From an uncultured Candidatus Saccharibacteria bacterium (GTDB taxonomy: Bacteria > Patescibacteriota > Saccharimonadia > Saccharimonadales > UBA4665): a stretch of DNA of 64,000 nucleotides. Positions 36,461-46,289 of this stretch are shown piece after piece (position 1 is the first letter of the stretch; each line of letters starts with the position of its first letter). The DNA is taken from the NCBI GenBank assembly GCA_964432725.1, contig CAYSOP010000002.1, positions 44,354 to 108,353 on the forward strand, written 5' to 3'. Position numbers and translations under genes: made by a program. The notes under the pieces were generated by a model. That model was not told the origin of the DNA. It saw only the letters and a program-made list of their open reading frames with translations, and searched no databases.

Positions 36461-36765
36461 CCCCACCACACCATTTGCAGCCTGGGTTCGGAACCTCTGG
36501 CCAGACCCGATTGCCGGAAAGGAGCTAGGCTGGAGTAGAGCAGCAGGCCTAGCCCCGGAATAGTCATATGGAAAATAAGGGAGGGGCCGACTGGAGCGAT
36601 TAGCGGAAGGAGTTCTTGCTGGAGTGTGCAAGTCTGCACACGAGTATTCTCGGCTCTGATTGGCCATGCAGTACAAGACTGTTTGCGAGTACATAGTCGA
36701 GTGGCTGACACTGTACCGAGAGGTTTTCTTGGTTACTTCTTTTGGCGGCCCAAAAGAAGTAACAT
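36461..36765 (+). repeat. mosaic intergenic element, copy B (candidate structured RNA)
   Basis: Shares blocks X and Z with copy A (reverse complement of 23401-23642). Shares block Y (36624-36685) with copy C (41578-41638). Ends in a 13-bp hairpin GTTACTTCTTTTG/CAAAAGAAGTAAC. Confidence 0.7.
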
Positions 36766-36834
36766 GAACGCCTGACGCCAGTCAGAAGAAAGACTGGTCG
36801 AAGAAAACAAAAAGGACTTTGGGTAGGCGTTTGC

Positions 36835-37986
36835 CTATTTGATGTAATCGTGAAGCTTGCGGGCGTCTTTGTGCTTGCGGAGTTTGGCCAGAGCTTTTGC
36901 TTCTATTTGGCGAATACGTTCGCGTGTTACGCTAAACTCTTGACCCACTTCTTCTAGGGTGTGCTGCTTGCCGTCTTCTAGGCCGAAACGCAGCTTAATA
37001 ATCTTTTGTTCGCGCTCGGTTAGGGCGGCCAGCATGTCTTTTACCTGCTCTTTTAACAGCTGGTTTGTAGCCGATTCTTCCGGGCTAATGGTGTCTTCGT
37101 CCTCGATAAAGTCGGCAAGCACTGACTCTTCTTCGTCGTCGCGAATAGAGGCATCAAGCGAGCTAATATCTTGCTTGATCTTCATGATGTGCTCTACTTT
37201 GTCTACCTCTATTTCCATAGCAGCGGCGATTTCTTCGTTGGAAGGTTCGCGGTTGAGTTCCTGGGTTAGACGGCGCTGCGTACGCAGTAGCTTGTTGATG
37301 GTCTCTACCATGTGCACCGGAATACGAATGGTGCGGGCTTGGTCGGCAATAGCACGGGTAATCGCCTGGCGGATCCACCAGGTAGCGTAGGTACTAAACT
37401 TAAAACCTTTGTCCGGGTCAAACTTTTCGACGGCACGCAATAGGCCGGTGTTGCCTTCTTGAATAAGATCAAGCAGGTCTAGACCACGGCCAACATACCG
37501 CTTGGCAATACTGACTACCAAACGCATGTTTGCTTCGGCCATTTTGTCTTTGGCGTCTTTATCGCCGGCAACAACGCGTTGGGCCAATGCTAATTCTTCT
37601 TCGGCGTTTAATAGCGGGATCTTACCGATTTCACGCAGGTATAAACGGACGCTGTCGTCGGCAATGTCGTCCAGGTAATGTTGGTCTTCGGTTATAACTT
37701 CTTCGCCGTCTTCGGCTGTCCACTCATCACTGATTTCTACCGGTTCGTCCTCAACGGGAGCGACCGTTGTCGTAACTTGTATGTTCATATCGGCCAGCTC
37801 GGTATAGAGCTTGTCTAGTACATCGGCGTTTTCGGGTACGTCGGCAATAGCCGTGGTTATGTCGCGCTGATCAATTGCGCCAGCCTTCTTAGCCTTGGCA
37901 ACAAGGTCTTTGCGGGCCTGCTCTAGATCGGGAGCGGCTTCGTTATTCTTGGGTTCGTTCTTCTTTGCTTTAGGCACTTGAAGCAC
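36835..37986 (-). CDS. rpoD: primary RNA polymerase sigma factor
   Basis: '[37 protein letters not shown]' and region 4.2 '[19 protein letters not shown]'. Lies in a dnaG-rpoD operon with a 17-nt overlap. Confidence 0.9.
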   Translation of the reverse strand: MLQVPKAKKNEPKNNEAAPDLEQARKDLVAKAKKAGAIDQRDITTAIADVPENADVLDKLYTELADMNIQVTTTVAPVEDEPVEISDEWTAEDGEEVITEDQHYLDDIADDSVRLYLREIGKIPLLNAEEELALAQRVVAGDKDAKDKMAEANMRLVVSIAKRYVGRGLDLLDLIQEGNTGLLRAVEKFDPDKGFKFSTYATWWIRQAITRAIADQARTIRIPVHMVETINKLLRTQRRLTQELNREPSNEEIAAAMEIEVDKVEHIMKIKQDISSLDASIRDDEEESVLADFIEDEDTISPEESATNQLLKEQVKDMLAALTEREQKIIKLRFGLEDGKQHTLEEVGQEFSVTRERIRQIEAKALAKLRKHKDARKLHDYIK

Positions 37987-39730
37987 CTCCTTTATGGGGT
38001 TTTAATAGGTCATCTAATTTTTTGGCTATTTCTAATAGTTCTGCAGTGCGCGGCTCATCCGCACTTTGCATTTCGCGCACGATGCGCTGTTTTTGCATTT
38101 TTACATAACGGTCTATCAGCGTAACCTGCAATCGAGTGGCTTCGTATTGAAGCTCTTGTGCCTCGAGGTCCTGATAGAGTTCTTCAAACAATAATGACAA
38201 CATTTTAACATAGTCAGCAAGGGGTCGTAAAGGTGTTGCTTCGTCAGGCTTGCCTGCAAAGTCGGGATGGGCCTCCAAAAAGGCTAACAGGTCGCGGGCT
38301 TGGTCCTCAATCAGCATTTGCGGTTTTATATATGCGAGGTAGCTGCGGGTTGCGGGTTGCAACAATGTCAGCGCTAGCAAGTGGTTTTCGGTCTTAATTT
38401 GTTCCAAGCTGGCGGCGTCCGGGGCGACAGTGGGCGCCTTGCGGGTCTTTAGTTTTGGTACGTTTACTTCTTTATTTTGTAATTTTGTTAGCAGTGCACC
38501 TTTACTCACACCAATAACATTTGCCACTTGGTCGACGTAATGTTCTTGTTCTACCGGATCTTGCAGCCCACGGACAACCTGTAATAGCACATCACTAAAC
38601 GTGCGCTTGCCTACAGCAGTGGTTAAATCGAGCTGATTACGATACCTGTCTATAAGCCAGTCGAGTGCGTAGCTCGGGCTGGTAATAATACGTTCCCAAA
38701 TAGCCGGGTCCTGTTTAATGAGCTCGTCCGGGTCTTTGCCGCTTGGAATAGTAATAATGCTGAGCGTGACGCCTACTTTGCTGGCAATGGGGATTGCCCG
38801 CTCGGTGGCATTGAGCCCGGCGTTATCGGCATCAAAGCTTAGACGGATGTCGCCGGTAAAACGACTCAGTGCTTTTAGGTGCGGTTCGGTGAGCGCCGTA
38901 CCTGCCGTTGCCACTACTTGGCGCACGCCGGCCTGGTGGCTGGCAATAACATCCAGGTTACCCTCGGCAATGACCACATACTTTGTTTTACGGATGGCCT
39001 CTTTGGCTAGATGCAGCCCATATACGTGGCGGGATTTATCGTATACCAATGTCTGGGGAGTGTTTATGTATTTAGGCGCATCCGGATCGTCGGCGAGCAG
39101 CCTGGCGGTAAAGCCGATCACCCTCCCCTGCGCATCTTGCAGCGGAATCATCAGCCGTCCCCTAAACATATCACTGGCACCGCTGTAGCGCTGCGAGCTT
39201 AAGCCTGCTCCTTTAATCTCTTCTGCTTTAAAGCCCTTTCTAGTCAGAAAGTCGTACAGTGCGCTACCGTTATTGGGGCTATACCCCAGCTGCCACTCCA
39301 GTGCTGTCTGTTTACTAAACCGGCGCTTTTTGAGTACATATTCTAAAGCGACTTGGTTTTTACTAAACTGTACCTGGTAAAATTTAGCGGCTAATTCCAG
39401 GGCATCATAGAGCCGCTCTTTCTCTTTAGTATTGCTGACTCGTCCGCGGTACTGGTCTAGATCGACGCCGGCTTTGCGGGCCAGCAGTTCGAGGGCACCC
39501 TTAAAGTCCAGGCCCTCCATTTCCATGACAAAGCTAAACATATTACCACCCTTACCAGATGAAAAGTCGTGCCAAATCTGTTTTTCGGGGCTAACCATAA
39601 AGCTCGGTGAGCGTTCGTTGCCGAATGGACTCAGACCTTTAAAGTTGCGGCCGGCACGCTTAAGCTCGACATACTGACTTACAACGTCCTCAATACTTAG
39701 GCGGCTTTTAATCTCCTCGACAGCGTCCAT
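37970..39730 (-). CDS. dnaG: DNA primase (zinc-ribbon ligands substituted)
   Basis: N-terminal DnaG pattern '[47 protein letters not shown]', RNA-polymerase core and TOPRIM '[11 protein letters not shown]'. AAGGAG SD. Confidence 0.9.
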   Translation of the reverse strand: MDAVEEIKSRLSIEDVVSQYVELKRAGRNFKGLSPFGNERSPSFMVSPEKQIWHDFSSGKGGNMFSFVMEMEGLDFKGALELLARKAGVDLDQYRGRVSNTKEKERLYDALELAAKFYQVQFSKNQVALEYVLKKRRFSKQTALEWQLGYSPNNGSALYDFLTRKGFKAEEIKGAGLSSQRYSGASDMFRGRLMIPLQDAQGRVIGFTARLLADDPDAPKYINTPQTLVYDKSRHVYGLHLAKEAIRKTKYVVIAEGNLDVIASHQAGVRQVVATAGTALTEPHLKALSRFTGDIRLSFDADNAGLNATERAIPIASKVGVTLSIITIPSGKDPDELIKQDPAIWERIITSPSYALDWLIDRYRNQLDLTTAVGKRTFSDVLLQVVRGLQDPVEQEHYVDQVANVIGVSKGALLTKLQNKEVNVPKLKTRKAPTVAPDAASLEQIKTENHLLALTLLQPATRSYLAYIKPQMLIEDQARDLLAFLEAHPDFAGKPDEATPLRPLADYVKMLSLLFEELYQDLEAQELQYEATRLQVTLIDRYVKMQKQRIVREMQSADEPRTAELLEIAKKLDDLLKPHKGGASSA

Positions 39731-39893
39731 TGAACTCCTTACATATCTCCCTGCAAAAAGCGAAAAATTATCTGACGAGTGCCAGGTGTCAGTTCTTGTA
39801 AGGAAGCGTAACGGTAGTTACGGTGACGAGCAAAACTGATATCTAGTGCCGTTAGATAATTTTGCAGCCGCAGGGAGATATGTAAGGAGTTCA
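39731..39893. repeat. long inverted repeat abutting the dnaG start (arms 39731-39777 and 39850-39893)
   Basis: The 24-nt perfect cores TGAACTCCTTACATATCTCCCTGC (39731-39754) and GCAGGGAGATATGTAAGGAGTTCA (39870-39893) are extended imperfectly to ~45 nt. The 72-nt spacer has its own CGTAAC-GGTA-GTTACG hairpin. Confidence 0.8.
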
Positions 39894-40034
39894 TTACTCT
39901 TATTGTACGCTATACCACCCCTGGTCACACTACTACAGACTCAGGGGAAAGCAGCCGGAGACTTAGGTTCTGCGTTAAGTCCGCGCGCCAACGAGGGGCT
40001 GCCCCGCTCTCGAAAAGTATGCTTAAATACAGGT

Positions 40035-40679
40035 ATGTATCCAGACCAGGCGCCGCCGCCCGCTGGTGGCGGATTAGCACCTCCACCTCCCTCCGGCAAC
40101 AGCTACGATTTTATTGTTAACCCAACCGCTCCGGGCAAACCACCCAAAAGCAGTGGATCCGGCCCATTCGGCAATCCAATTGTTATGCGTGTCTTACTGG
40201 TTGTAGGCGGTCTTATTGTGTTGGCTATGCTGGGTAGCTTTGTCCAAAAAATGCTGTTCAGCGACAAGACCAATACCGCCGAGCTGATTGGCCTAACCCA
40301 AACGCAAACCGAAATTGTACGCATTGGCGACCAAGGCGATAAAAGTGGCGACCAAGCCATGCGCAACGTTGCGGTTAATACCCGCCTCACGCTGCTTACT
40401 CAGCGCCGTGAATTGGTAGTATTTTTATCCAAACACGGCGGCGTAAACCCTAAGGTATTCACCGCAAAAAAGAGCAAGAAAACCGATACACGACTGGCCA
40501 GCGCAAAAGCCACCAGCACCTTTGACATCGTGTACCAAGACATACTGACCGAACAACTTACCGCCTACGCCAAAGCTATTAAGACCGCCCGCGGGAACGC
40601 ACTAGGCAACACCGAGAAAACATTGCTCAAAAAGCATTACGACCAAACCCAAGCGCTTATTGCGCAGCTACCCAAATAG
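40035..40679 (+). CDS. membrane-anchored hypothetical protein (Pro/Gly-rich N-terminus, one TM)
   Basis: Start moved to the ATG at 40035, because the ORF-track start at 39846 lies inside the inverted repeat. TM 'VMRVLLVVGGLIVLAMLGSFV'. Confidence 0.55.
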   Translation: MYPDQAPPPAGGGLAPPPPSGNSYDFIVNPTAPGKPPKSSGSGPFGNPIVMRVLLVVGGLIVLAMLGSFVQKMLFSDKTNTAELIGLTQTQTEIVRIGDQGDKSGDQAMRNVAVNTRLTLLTQRRELVVFLSKHGGVNPKVFTAKKSKKTDTRLASAKATSTFDIVYQDILTEQLTAYAKAIKTARGNALGNTEKTLLKKHYDQTQALIAQLPK

Positions 40680-40681
40680 CC

Positions 40682-41008
40682 CTAGGCCGCAGTAACCAAC
40701 TGGTAGGAGTGGTTAATGAGCGCCTGTATTTCTTCCCAGCTAAGCTGCCCGCTCATAAGAATAGTGTTCCAGTGCTTTTTGTTTAGGTGATAACCAGGCA
40801 TAACGCTTTCATATTTTTCGCGGAGCGTTTTGGCTAGCAAAGGATCGCACTTAAGGCTGATTTGAATCGGGGTGCTGCCCTCTTTAATGAGCGCAAACAT
40901 CTTTTCGCCCACTTTGTACACGGCAACGCCTTCGCCAAACGGATATTCAAGCCGTGCGTTCGGCAGGCCGACGATATATGCTTCTACTTCTTTGTGCGTC
41001 ACGTCCAT
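40682..41008 (-). CDS. MmcQ/YjbR-family protein
   Basis: 'YPFGEGVAVYKVGEKMFALI...ISLKCDP...PGYHLNKKHWNTI' matches the YjbR-family pattern. Confidence 0.7.
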   Translation of the reverse strand: MDVTHKEVEAYIVGLPNARLEYPFGEGVAVYKVGEKMFALIKEGSTPIQISLKCDPLLAKTLREKYESVMPGYHLNKKHWNTILMSGQLSWEEIQALINHSYQLVTAA

Positions 41009-41012
41009 AATG

Positions 41013-41459
41013 CTACTCTATCACGTCTAAAATAGAGGGGATATCGCTGACTACGTGGTCGGCCCCGGCGTCGAATAACGGTGCAGCGCTTTTTTGGTCG
41101 TTACCGTGGCTGACGCCAATAGTCTTATATACACCAACATCTTTACCTAGCAGAATATCGGCATGCGCATGGCTGACTAGCACGGCCTGGTGCGGCTTGC
41201 CGCCAAGACGCGACAGCACGTGGTGGACACCGGCTGGTTCTTTAGGAGTTTCGTGCTGGTCTATGCACAAAATCTGCGTAAAAAAATTGCGGATGCCGAC
41301 TTGCTGCAACTGAATAATAACGCGGTGATCACGCGTACTAATACCTGCAACCTGTATACCTAAGCGCTGCAAAATAGACAGCAGTTCCTGCACACCTTCG
41401 TGCAGTTCGCTTGTTGCATTGAACAACGTATGGTCAAGATCGAACAAAACAATCCGCAT
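41013..41459 (-). CDS. HAD-superfamily hydrolase (short)
   Basis: Motif I 'VLFDLDHTLF'. C-terminal 'GVSHGND...AGADHVV' resembles HAD motifs III/IV. Confidence 0.7.
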   Translation of the reverse strand: MRIVLFDLDHTLFNATSELHEGVQELLSILQRLGIQVAGISTRDHRVIIQLQQVGIRNFFTQILCIDQHETPKEPAGVHHVLSRLGGKPHQAVLVSHAHADILLGKDVGVYKTIGVSHGNDQKSAAPLFDAGADHVVSDIPSILDVIE

Positions 41460-41566
41460 ATAATTTTACAAACTCCAATAGTTATGTCGTATTATACATA
41501 ATCTTGTCATTGGCGTAAACCCTAACCCCGTTCCGTCACTTCGGGGCCTGACGTCAACCACTACTT

Positions 41567-41675
41567 GTCATCCTGGAACATGCCAGTGGCATGTGAGTAT
41601 TCTCGGCTGTGATTGGCCATACAGTACAAGACTGTTTGGTAGATATAGGGTGGGTCGACTCGATTCAGGATCCAG
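41567..41675 (+). repeat. mosaic intergenic element, copy C: GTCAT...CCAG hairpin split by an ~80-nt insert containing block Y
   Basis: GTCATCCTGGAAC at 41567-41579 and CTCGATTCAGGATCCAG at 41659-41675 flank 41578-41638. That segment matches 36624-36685 (GAGTATTCTCGGCT.TGATTGGCCAT.CAGTACAAGACTGTTTG). Confidence 0.7.
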
Positions 41676-41696
41676 TTATAATGAATTCCATTTTTA

Positions 41697-41724
41697 CTGG
41701 ATTCCGGGTCAAGCCCGGAATGAC
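41697..41724 (-). repeat. GTCAT...CCAG hairpin repeat, copy H5
   Basis: The minus strand reads GTCATTCCGGGCTTGACCCGGAATCCAG. Confidence 0.8.
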
Positions 41725-41732
41725 AGTGGCAA

Positions 41733-42278
41733 TTAATGAGATTTAAACCACTCGAGATAGTATTGCAGTTCGGCTATTGATGCTCGTATATCGTCGAAGG
41801 CACGGTGAGTATCGCCCTTAGGAAAGGTTACGCCGTGCATGCCTTGCATGACAATCTTGAACGAGCTGACATCCAGCATGCGGTAGTGCAACAGCGCATC
41901 AACTTCCGGCCACCACTGCTTAATAAATATGCGGTCGCTGTGGATAGAGTTACCGGCAAGCACAGCCGGCTCTTCGCCGAACTGCGCCTTTATAAAATCC
42001 ACTAGTTCTCGTACGACATCTTGCTCTGGCCGACCCTCGGTACGTACGCGCTCGGTTAGGCCACTTAAGCCGTGTTGGTTGGCGGACCACTCGCCCATAT
42101 TATCTAACACGCTATCGGGATGCTTAATAATCGCTTCGTAGCTGGCTAGTGTTTTGTAGGTAAAGTCGGTCACTTCAGCGGCAATCTCTAAAATAACGTC
42201 TTTTCGCACATCGAGGCCGGTCATTTCTAGGTCTACCCACAGTAGTTTAGTGGGGATGGCTGTTTTTAGGTCAATCAT
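41733..42278 (-). CDS. orn: oligoribonuclease
   Basis: DEDDh exonuclease motifs 'LLWVDLEMTGLD', 'ILEIAAEVTD' and 'GNSIHSDRIFI'. 181 aa. Confidence 0.85.
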   Translation of the reverse strand: MIDLKTAIPTKLLWVDLEMTGLDVRKDVILEIAAEVTDFTYKTLASYEAIIKHPDSVLDNMGEWSANQHGLSGLTERVRTEGRPEQDVVRELVDFIKAQFGEEPAVLAGNSIHSDRIFIKQWWPEVDALLHYRMLDVSSFKIVMQGMHGVTFPKGDTHRAFDDIRASIAELQYYLEWFKSH

Positions 42279-42289
42279 AGTTCTTTCCC

Positions 42290-42787
42290 CTACTTCTTCT
42301 TTTTCTTACTAGTTTTATCGTCGGCGAGCGCGTCTTTTTTCTTGAACTTATCCAGCCGGAGCAATTTGTATGTTACGTAAATAATAAACGCGACAATAAT
42401 AAACGTAATAATCGAGTACACGACTGCGCCCCATCCAATAGTTACCTTATCGCCGCCAAATTGCACCACTGCTTCTTGGGCACTTAATTTTTTTTGACCG
42501 GGTAGTATAAGTTGGGTAACGGGGTTAACCAGATCTGACATGACGGTATCAACAACCGCTTTCATCTGGATACCAAGCACCAGCCCGATACCTACCCCAA
42601 CTACACCTTGCTCTCGTATAAAGTCGGTAAAACCACCAAGCTGCTTAGTTACCTGGCGGGCAGCTACTCGGTTTATAACCTCGGCTTTTTCGACAGCACT
42701 CATGCTGCGTAGCTTAGTAGCCACCTCTTTGACTTCGCGGCGGCGCGACTCTTCGTTGTCTAGTTCGTGTTTTTTTATATCAGCCAT
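42290..42787 (-). CDS. mscL: large-conductance mechanosensitive channel-like protein with N-terminal extension
   Basis: 'FTDFIREQGVVGVGIGLVLGIQMKAVVDTVMSDLVNPV' is MscL TM1-like. A second TM and a Lys-rich C-terminus follow. Confidence 0.7.
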   Translation of the reverse strand: MADIKKHELDNEESRRREVKEVATKLRSMSAVEKAEVINRVAARQVTKQLGGFTDFIREQGVVGVGIGLVLGIQMKAVVDTVMSDLVNPVTQLILPGQKKLSAQEAVVQFGGDKVTIGWGAVVYSIITFIIVAFIIYVTYKLLRLDKFKKKDALADDKTSKKKKK

Positions 42788-42815
42788 ATAGATTTATCCT
42801 ATCACCTTTGACCAC

Positions 42816-44501
42816 TTACATTTTGTCAGGTGCGGTAATACCCAGTAAGCTCAAGCCGTCTTTTAATATGTCCGCATACAGCTGGACCAATGTTAGGCGG
42901 GTTGCTTGGCGCGGGTCGCCTACTACCTTGGCATTCTCGTAAAAACGGTTAAACACCTGAGCTAGCTCGTATAAATAGGTACAAATATGATGCGGCATTA
43001 ATTCGTCTAAGGCTTTTTGCAGAACTTCGGGATATTCGCTAATCTTTCGCGCGAGTGCCCGTTCTTGCTGGTCAAGGTCGCTTACCGTGTGGCCTTCGGC
43101 ATTGGCTTTGGCCAGAATACTGCGAGCCCTAGCGTGGGCATACTGCAGGTAGGGGCCGCTGTTGCCTTCTAAGCTCACCGATTCTTCGGGGTCGTAAATC
43201 ATGTCGCCACCAATACGGTGCTTCAAAAAAGCGTATTTAACCGCACCGGCTGATATTTGTAGGTCACTACTGCCGTGCGCTCTAGCATAAGCCTCTTGGG
43301 CAGCTTGTAAGATGTCGGCGGCCTTGGGATTATTACCCTTACGACTGCTCATTTTTTTGCCACCGGGCAAACGAATCATACCGTGTGTTAAATGCACGCC
43401 GCGCCCTGCTAACTCCGGATAAAAATGCTCGAGCGCCTTAACCACTACTTTCATGTACTCAACAATATCGTTGCCGGTAATAATAAAACTTTTGTCAAAG
43501 TGGTAGTCACGCCACTTTAGCGCGGCTAGCCCAAGATCTTTCGCTTCGTATGTTGGCAGGCCGTTAGAATTTATAAAGACTCTCGTGTGCAGTCCATGAT
43601 CTTCGCCTTTAAAGATTATGGCGCCATCAGATTGCTCGAACACGCCATTCTCTATACCCTTTTGGACAATACCGAGTCCCAGGGGGGTTACTTCACTTTC
43701 GGGTATGTATCGTTCAAACGTATGTACGCCTAGCTGGCTATATAATGCATCGAAGCCATCGTAGCTCCACTGGCGGCACGTCCAATAAATTTGGGCAAAT
43801 GGCGATTCGTGGTCGTTCGCAGTATGCAAGTCGTACACACGCTTATTGATCGCAATAATCTCGGCCTTAGCTGTTTCGTCTGATTCATAGGCGGCCGTAC
43901 CCCTTGCATAAAAGGTGCTCAACCAAGCTGGACGTTCGCTTTCCGGTACGGCGTTTAACTTTTCGGGGTGTTCACCGCCCAATTCCTGAATTATCCCCCA
44001 CATTGCCCGTGCCACATGCAAACCAACATCGCCGCCATAATTTACGCGGTGCACTGTAGCGCCCGCAACTTCAAAAAGCGTAGCTATAGCGTCACCAACC
44101 AAGGTTGTATATAGGTGGCCAGCATGCATGACCTTAAATGGGTTTGGGTCAGAATATTCGGCAACTACCACCTTGTCTTTGTAGTTCTGGGGCCGTGTTT
44201 TAGTTGCTACGGCTGCCTGGCTAAATAGACTCTTATCGCTAAGAGCGATGTTAATAAACCCGGGCCCGGCAACGGTTACGTCTTTGACGTCATCGCCAAG
44301 CCGTTCTTTAAGCGCAGCTGTTAGCTGCTCGGCTAGTTCGCGCGGCTTTTGTTGCAGGCGGCCAGCAAGCTGCAAAGCGACGTTAGTCGCGTAATCACCG
44401 AACTGAGGGTCGGGACGCGTTAGGTCGGCCGCTACATCAACTTGATATAAATCATGAATAACGCTCACCAGCGTCTGCTGCATCTGTTCCATTACAGCCA
44501 T
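42816..44501 (-). CDS. argS: arginine--tRNA ligase
   Basis: 561 aa with a HIGH-type 'MHAGHLY', 'KKMSSRKG' and an anticodon-binding C-terminus ending in '...DKM'. Confidence 0.9.
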   Translation of the reverse strand: MAVMEQMQQTLVSVIHDLYQVDVAADLTRPDPQFGDYATNVALQLAGRLQQKPRELAEQLTAALKERLGDDVKDVTVAGPGFINIALSDKSLFSQAAVATKTRPQNYKDKVVVAEYSDPNPFKVMHAGHLYTTLVGDAIATLFEVAGATVHRVNYGGDVGLHVARAMWGIIQELGGEHPEKLNAVPESERPAWLSTFYARGTAAYESDETAKAEIIAINKRVYDLHTANDHESPFAQIYWTCRQWSYDGFDALYSQLGVHTFERYIPESEVTPLGLGIVQKGIENGVFEQSDGAIIFKGEDHGLHTRVFINSNGLPTYEAKDLGLAALKWRDYHFDKSFIITGNDIVEYMKVVVKALEHFYPELAGRGVHLTHGMIRLPGGKKMSSRKGNNPKAADILQAAQEAYARAHGSSDLQISAGAVKYAFLKHRIGGDMIYDPEESVSLEGNSGPYLQYAHARARSILAKANAEGHTVSDLDQQERALARKISEYPEVLQKALDELMPHHICTYLYELAQVFNRFYENAKVVGDPRQATRLTLVQLYADILKDGLSLLGITAPDKM

Positions 44502-44541
44502 TGTAACAGATTGAAAGCATTTCTTATCCCCGTGCCGGACG

Positions 44542-45222
44542 TCAGTCTAACGCTTTTTGCTGGCGGGCGGCACGTATCACATACCAGGCAACAACATACA
44601 GGCTACTTATTAGCATAAAGAAACTAAAGGTAATGCTCATAACTTCGGGGTGTTCTGTAGGGTGCAGCAAACTTTCGGATATCTGGAATAGAATACTGGC
44701 CGGGTTTATCAAGATATCCCAGGTATTCCAGCGCAGCTCGCGGCCAATGTATATAGCAAAGCTAGCAAGTAGCAGTGTACCTGCAATACAGAACCAACTT
44801 GCCCGGATACTCAGGCGTTTACGCAGTTCTACATGCAACATATATATGCTTAAAAGGCCAAGCACGCAGCCATTACTAATAAACGAAAAGAACATAACAA
44901 CATCAAACAGTAGGTCTGCACGTGCCGTCTCCTGCAAATGGATAATATCGGTAATAAGATAAAACGTGTTGGGCAAAAAGGCTAAAAACAGGCCAGTAAG
45001 CAATAGCGCCTGCCAGCTCGACCATAATCTGCGCTTAAGCGTACGCTCTAGTAATAACACAAGACCAAGCGGCACCCAGGCCAGTAACAGATTCCAGTTA
45101 AGGTACCATAGTTCGTTGGAATGGTTTAAAAGCGCACCAACAACAAAAAAGCCGACGCTTATCATACTTGCCGTTCCAAGGGCGATAGCTAGACTCACCC
45201 GCCTAGACACATACCGAGTCAT
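44542..45222 (-). CDS. polytopic membrane protein (DUF1361-like)
   Basis: Six or so TM helices. The family assignment is tentative. Confidence 0.45.
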   Translation of the reverse strand: MTRYVSRRVSLAIALGTASMISVGFFVVGALLNHSNELWYLNWNLLLAWVPLGLVLLLERTLKRRLWSSWQALLLTGLFLAFLPNTFYLITDIIHLQETARADLLFDVVMFFSFISNGCVLGLLSIYMLHVELRKRLSIRASWFCIAGTLLLASFAIYIGRELRWNTWDILINPASILFQISESLLHPTEHPEVMSITFSFFMLISSLYVVAWYVIRAARQQKALD

Positions 45223-45245
45223 ATAGTCCTAGTATACCAGGAGGC

Positions 45246-46289
45246 TTATTTGGCAAGCTGTAGCACCACGGTAAAGCGGGCGCCGCCTGTTTTATTATTG
45301 CTGGCAACTAGGTGGGCGTGGTTGGCTTCGGCAATCGCCTTTGCCAACGATAGCCCCAACCCATAGCCACCGGCCTTACTGCTGCGTGCTTTATCGCCGC
45401 GGTACAGGCGGTCAAAGATATACGGCATATCGGCAGCACTAATCCCCTGCCCTTGATCTTGCACCCATAATGCATAGCCGCCATCTTGTTTGTGGCCGCT
45501 TATCGTAACTGTTCCTTTTTTAGGGCCGTACTTTATGGCATTGTCGATCAAAATACCCAGCAGCTGCACCAGGCTTTCGGCATGCCCCAGCACTTTGCGT
45601 GGTGCGACCTCGCTTACAAGCGTAACTCCGTGTGCATCGGCCTGTTTCTGCATGGACTTTATAGCATCGTGTACCAAGCGTTTCGCCGATACCGATTTAA
45701 ACTCTAGCGGTGCCTGGGTATATTGCGTCAGGGCAAGCAAATTAGTAGACAACCCTTCTAAACGCTGCACTTCTTCGAGGTTGCTATGAATCAGTTCGCG
45801 TGCCTCGGACTCGGTAAAGTTTTTTTGGCGCAAGAATACTTCGTTTTCCAACCGCAAATTAGTAAGCGGCGTCCGTAGTTCGTGGCTGGCGTCGGCAGCA
45901 AAACGGCTTTGGGCTTCATGGGCCTCTTCTATGGGCCTTAATGTTCTACCAGCGAACCAGTAACTAAGCAGACCGCCCAGTACAAGCGAGGCTAAGTTAA
46001 TCAAGAACAGTTCTTGGTTTAAACGCTGGCGCACGCGCGCTTCTTGTATTTGTTGCATGTCTATAAAACTGCTGCTGTCCGGCCGGCCGCTTGCCCAGTC
46101 CGACCAACGCACGATAATATCGTGCAATTCGCTGCGTTGCACCATATTCGACTGCAAATATTCACGCTCCGCCAAAATACGGATGCTCGTAGTAACCACC
46201 AAGCTAAAGCCCACCAGGACAATCAAATAAAAAAACGTCAGCTGCAAACGTGCCGACTTAAACAGTTCCCTATATAACTTTGTACCCAT
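45246..46289 (-). CDS. sensor histidine kinase
   Basis: Two TM segments, H-box 'AADASHELRTPLT', N-box 'LIDNAIKY' and G-box 'GYGLGLSLAK'. Confidence 0.85.
   Translation of the reverse strand: MGTKLYRELFKSARLQLTFFYLIVLVGFSLVVTTSIRILAEREYLQSNMVQRSELHDIIVRWSDWASGRPDSSSFIDMQQIQEARVRQRLNQELFLINLASLVLGGLLSYWFAGRTLRPIEEAHEAQSRFAADASHELRTPLTNLRLENEVFLRQKNFTESEARELIHSNLEEVQRLEGLSTNLLALTQYTQAPLEFKSVSAKRLVHDAIKSMQKQADAHGVTLVSEVAPRKVLGHAESLVQLLGILIDNAIKYGPKKGTVTISGHKQDGGYALWVQDQGQGISAADMPYIFDRLYRGDKARSSKAGGYGLGLSLAKAIAEANHAHLVASNNKTGGARFTVVLQLAK

Noticed and set aside
36413-36711. The N-terminal 94 residues of the tracked ORF 36116-36694, and the overlapping ORF 36457-36711.
   Set aside because: They run through the mosaic repeat, whose other copy has no matching ORF. 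Composition is not protein-like (Ser/Pro/Arg/Ala-rich, no motif). A good SD+ATG at 36412 starts the Nudix-like part.
39846-40034. The upstream 63 codons (GTG start) of ORF 39846-40679.
   Set aside because: They start inside arm 2 of the inverted repeat and lack an SD. The protein-like part (Pro-rich segment plus TM) begins at the ATG at 40035.
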